Positions 60,393-64,000 of a stretch of 64,000 nucleotides of DNA are shown one piece after another. The position numbers and the translations under genes were made by a program. Every line of letters begins with the position of its first letter. The first letter of the stretch is position 1. The notes under the pieces were generated by a model. The model had not been told where the DNA came from. It saw nothing but the letters and a program-made list of their open reading frames with translations, and did not search any database. The DNA is taken from the NCBI GenBank assembly GCA_043228905.1, contig JBHGNT010000003.1, positions 16,678,001 through 16,742,000 on the forward strand, written 5' to 3'. Origin of the DNA: Azolla caroliniana. Its lineage: Eukaryota > Plantae > Polypodiophyta.

Positions 60393-63300
60393 TGTTGAAA
60401 GCGAGGTCGTCAATGCGGAAGATCAAGGAGCATTCAGTTCTGTTCTGAGTACCTGCGTATGACAGAAGGTAGGTCGTTGCACAGAGAGAGAGAGAGAGAG
60501 GCACAAAAGAGTCTTTATTCCATAAAGCAAATAATACAACATCCAACCTCACAAAGAGGTTACAAGGTCACTATATATAGTGACCGACTTAGGGCAACTA
60601 CCCTTTATGATAATTTCATAAATGGCCAAAACGGAATAGTGTGAATACGTCCATTATACACATGTATTCGACACTCCCCCGTAATGGGCGTATACATGGG
60701 TTATCTAAGATTACAGGTATAGACTTAGGTTCTCGGACATATCAGCTTTGTTCAAGTCGGCAGGGTCCGAAGGCAGAAGACCGAACTGGTCGGGTCGGAA
60801 CAGTTGAAGCCGATCATTAAGGAACTGACGTCGGTTGTCGGGAACCATCCTGCTCTGTGTCCGGCTCTAACCGGACTGGTTTGTCGTTACGCCCATCTCA
60901 TGCCGAAGAGACCGAAAGCGGTCTGCCGAAAGACATTTGGTCATTCCATCTGCGACATTGTCGGTTGTGGATATTTTCTCTAGACCGATTTTCCCTGAAA
61001 TGACGCAGTCCCGAACGAAGTGATATCGAACGTCGATATGCTTGGAGGCGTTGTGGTGAACCGGATTTTTCGACAAGGCAACAGCACCTTGACTGTCGCT
61101 GTAGACAACTGGAGCCGAGTCATGTTCGACTTGTCGAAACGTGTGCGCCAGCCGACCGAGCCACAAAGCTTCTTTTGCTGCGTCGGACGCAGCTACATAT
61201 TCTGCTTCGGTCGTTGAGGTCGCTGTGCACTCCTGAAGTTTCGACTTCCACGAGATTGCTCCATTGCCGAATTTGAAGCAGTATCCGGTTGTTGATTTCC
61301 GACTGTCTATACAGCCGGCGAAATCCGAGTCGGTGTAACCGACTACGCCTGAGGTTCGGTTCGGACCGAAAAGAATGCCGTGGTCTTTTGTGCCAGCCAG
61401 ATATCTGAACACATGCTTGACTGCGTTCCAATGCGATCGGCCAGGATTGTGCATAAATCTGCTGACGACTCCTACGGCGTGAGAAATATCAGGCCGTGTC
61501 GCGACCATCAGGTACATAAGGGAGCCGACTGCCGGTGCATACGGTACCGACTTCATATCTTCCCCCTCCGGACCGGATGTCGGGCAGTCTCGCTGAGAGA
61601 GCCGAAGATTCATAGGGAGCGGGGTTGAAGCAGATTTGGCTGATTGCATGTTGAAGCGTTCTAAGACACGTCGGATATAGTCGGTCTGAGACAGAAAAAG
61701 ATGTCGTTTATCGCGATGCCGACTAATCTTCATGCCAAGGATGTGTCGTGCCGGACCGAGGTCCTTCATGGCAAACTTCAACCGCAGTTGCCGAACGAGA
61801 TCGGCAAGTTCGCCCGCGTGGCGTCCAGAAATTAGCATGTCGTCCACGTAAATGATGAGGAAGATGGGTGATCCATCTTGAGCTGTATTGGTGAAGAGAC
61901 AATGGTCCTCATCGCTTTTGGAGAAGCCGATCGATTGGATGAAGTCGTCGAACTTCTTGTACCATTGTCGCGGTGCCTGTTTGAGGCCGTATAGACTCTT
62001 CCTGAGTCGGCAGACTAGATGTTCTTGGCCGGTGGCCACGAAGCCTTTTGGCTGCTCCATATAAATTTCCTCGTCAAGATCACCATGGAGGAATGCTGTT
62101 TTGACATCTAGCTGAATCAGCTCCAAGTTGTCGGCTGCCACTACGCCGAGTAGGAAACGAAGGGTTGTCATTTTCACCACTGGTGAAAAAATCTCGTCGA
62201 AGTCGACACCATATTCTTGTCGGAAGCCCTTCGCAACTAATCTGGCCTTGTACTTTGGGGTGGTCGAATCAGACGTCTCTTTTAGTCGATAAACCCACTT
62301 GCAAGGAAGAGCACGTCGGTTCCTGGGTAATTCAACCAGATCCCAAGTCTTGTTTGCCCGAATGGAGTGCATTTCCGACTCCATCGCCTGATGCCAGGTG
62401 GCTGAATCGACAGATGTCGATGCGTCTTCGTAAGACGTCGGTTCGCCGGCGTCGGTGAAGAAAATTCCAGGAGAATACCTCTCCGGAGGTTGCGACAGTC
62501 TCTCGGATCGTCGAGGCATGATTGGACTGGTCGCATCGGGTATCGTGGTCGGATGGTCCGAAAGCGGATTGTTCTGCTGTGCCGAGTCGGAGTTGTCCGA
62601 GTCGGTAGTGTAAGGTTCAGCTACCCGTGAAGCTGACCGTGTGTTGAGAGCGGGGCCTTCTTGAAGGGTCGGCACATCGGAAAATGTTACCCTTCGGACT
62701 TCGATCGGTTTTTCGACTGATGGATTCATAGCCGACTCGTTGAACACAACGTCCGAACTTCGAACGATTTGTCTGCGTTCGGGGTCCCAGAGTCGGTATC
62801 CCATTTCGCCGTCGGATCCATATCCAAGGAAAATGCATTTCCTGGACCGAGGTGCAAGTTTTCGGCGATCATCTTTCGGAATAAGGGCGTACGCCTCGCA
62901 TCCGAAGATCCTCAGCTTGTCGTAATTCGGCTTACTGCCGTTCCATAGTTCCTGAGGAATTTGAAGTCCTAGAGGTCTACTTGGCGACATATTGATTATG
63001 TGTACTGCCGTGAGTAGAGCCTCTGCCCAGAAGCCATCCGACAGTCCGGAGTGTTGGAGCATGGAAACTATCCTTTCTTGGATTGTCCGATTCATTCGTT
63101 CTGCAATCCCGTTTTGCTCCGGACTGTGTGGTGCCGTAAATTCACGTCGGATGCCGCGTTGTCGGCAGAATTTGACGAATTCTTCTGATTTGAACTCTCC
63201 CCCATTGTCGGTCCGAAGGCATTTCAGCTTTCGGTCGGTTTGATTTTCTACCATAGCGAGCCAATCGGTGAAGATCGAGAAGACCCGATCTTTGGTGCGA

Positions 63301-64000
63301 ATTAGATAAGCCCACACCTTTCGAGTCGAATCGTCAATAAAAGTGACGAAGTAAGAGGCACCACCGAGAGACTGATGCGGCATTGGGCCACAGACGTCCG
63401 AGTGGACCAAATCGAGAGGTCTCGATTCTCTTGGTGCTGATGTCGGGTGTGATGTGGCTGCTTGTTTGCCATACTGGCAATGCTCGCAAAATTGATGGTC
63501 GGAGAAGGAGAGTTTAGGGATGTATCCGGCTCTAGATAGGTGCGTGATGCCGGCCTTGCTGAGGTGTCCTAATCTTCTGTGCCATAGTGATGACACAGGA
63601 ATATCCACCAAAAACAGGTTACCCTCTCTGAGCGTAACATGTAACGGATACAGTGAGTGTATCTTGGGTCCTCTAGCAAGCAGGAGGTTCCCCCTGTGGA
63701 GTGTCCACCCTCCCGAAGAAAAACCGGCACGAATGCCGTCTTCATCTAGTTGTCCGACTGAGATCAATGGCCTTGTGAGCTCGGGTACATGTCGGACATT
63801 GTGGAGTACAAGTGTAGAGCCCCCTGCAAGGTTGAGCTCTACTGTGCCGATTCCGACGATGTCACAGTGTTGTGAGTTGCCGACTCGAACTGAGTCGGAG
63901 TGACGGATCGTATATTGCCGAAATTGGGATCGATGAGGAGTCACGTGAAATGACGCGCCCGAATCCAAGAGCCATGTGCTCGATTCTTCAGTCGTGAGTA
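60393..64000 (-). mobile_element. Copia J: F-family element, 3' part, continues past the window end
   Basis: 3' LTR 60393-60673, PPT ACGGGGGAG, pol homologous to F. Confidence 0.92.
60867..63968 (-). CDS. Uninterrupted copia Pol (PR-INT-RT-RH), more than 1033 aa
   Basis: DSGAS, WHRRLGH..CEHC, HSDVCG/FIDD/ERMNR, YVDDML, YTDSDF..SKHIDVRYHF. Confidence 0.93.
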   Translation of the reverse strand: MDSGASFHVTPHRSQFRQYTIRHSDSVRVGNSQHCDIVGIGTVELNLAGGSTLVLHNVRHVPELTRPLISVGQLDEDGIRAGFSSGGWTLHRGNLLLARGPKIHSLYPLHVTLREGNLFLVDIPVSSLWHRRLGHLSKAGITHLSRAGYIPKLSFSDHQFCEHCQYGKQAATSHPTSAPRESRPLDLVHSDVCGPMPHQSLGGASYFVTFIDDSTRKVWAYLIRTKDRVFSIFTDWLAMVENQTDRKLKCLRTDNGGEFKSEEFVKFCRQRGIRREFTAPHSPEQNGIAERMNRTIQERIVSMLQHSGLSDGFWAEALLTAVHIINMSPSRPLGLQIPQELWNGSKPNYDKLRIFGCEAYALIPKDDRRKLAPRSRKCIFLGYGSDGEMGYRLWDPERRQIVRSSDVVFNESAMNPSVEKPIEVRRVTFSDVPTLQEGPALNTRSASRVAEPYTTDSDNSDSAQQNNPLSDHPTTIPDATSPIMPRRSERLSQPPERYSPGIFFTDAGEPTSYEDASTSVDSATWHQAMESEMHSIRANKTWDLVELPRNRRALPCKWVYRLKETSDSTTPKYKARLVAKGFRQEYGVDFDEIFSPVVKMTTLRFLLGVVAADNLELIQLDVKTAFLHGDLDEEIYMEQPKGFVATGQEHLVCRLRKSLYGLKQAPRQWYKKFDDFIQSIGFSKSDEDHCLFTNTAQDGSPIFLIIYVDDMLISGRHAGELADLVRQLRLKFAMKDLGPARHILGMKISRHRDKRHLFLSQTDYIRRVLERFNMQSAKSASTPLPMNLRLSQRDCPTSGPEGEDMKSVPYAPAVGSLMYLMVATRPDISHAVGVVSRFMHNPGRSHWNAVKHVFRYLAGTKDHGILFGPNRTSGVVGYTDSDFAGCIDSRKSTTGYCFKFGNGAISWKSKLQECTATSTTEAEYVAASDAAKEALWLGRLAHTFRQVEHDSAPVVYSDSQGAVALSKNPVHHNASKHIDVRYHFVRDCVISGKIGLEKISTTDNVADGMTKCLSADRFRSLRHEMGVTTNQSG

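Overview
Eukaryotic, land-plant nuclear DNA (plant TM9SF gene, plastid-derived fragments, TTTAGGG repeats; a non-seed plant such as a fern is my guess, not shown). About 80% of the window is a nested LTR-retrotransposon cluster. It holds several Ty1/copia elements (tRNA-Met PBS, 5-bp TSDs) and an unusual Ty3/gypsy lineage. That lineage has a tRNA-Trp PBS, 4-bp TSDs centred on CpG, a DHG protease, and a gag-PR / RT-RH-INT split at a conserved GGATTTT slippery site followed by a covarying H-type pseudoknot. It also has a covarying hairpin before the PPT and, in some LTRs, an antisense tRNA-like A/B-box module. A second gypsy element carries an extra 3' ORF and a chimeric plastid 23S rRNA + atpA insert. 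The only host gene is an intact 7-exon transmembrane-9 superfamily gene (minus strand, 49481-54913), with a MULE/SWIM transposon remnant upstream. Elements are labelled A-K and X1/X2 here for reference. All coordinates were read by eye.
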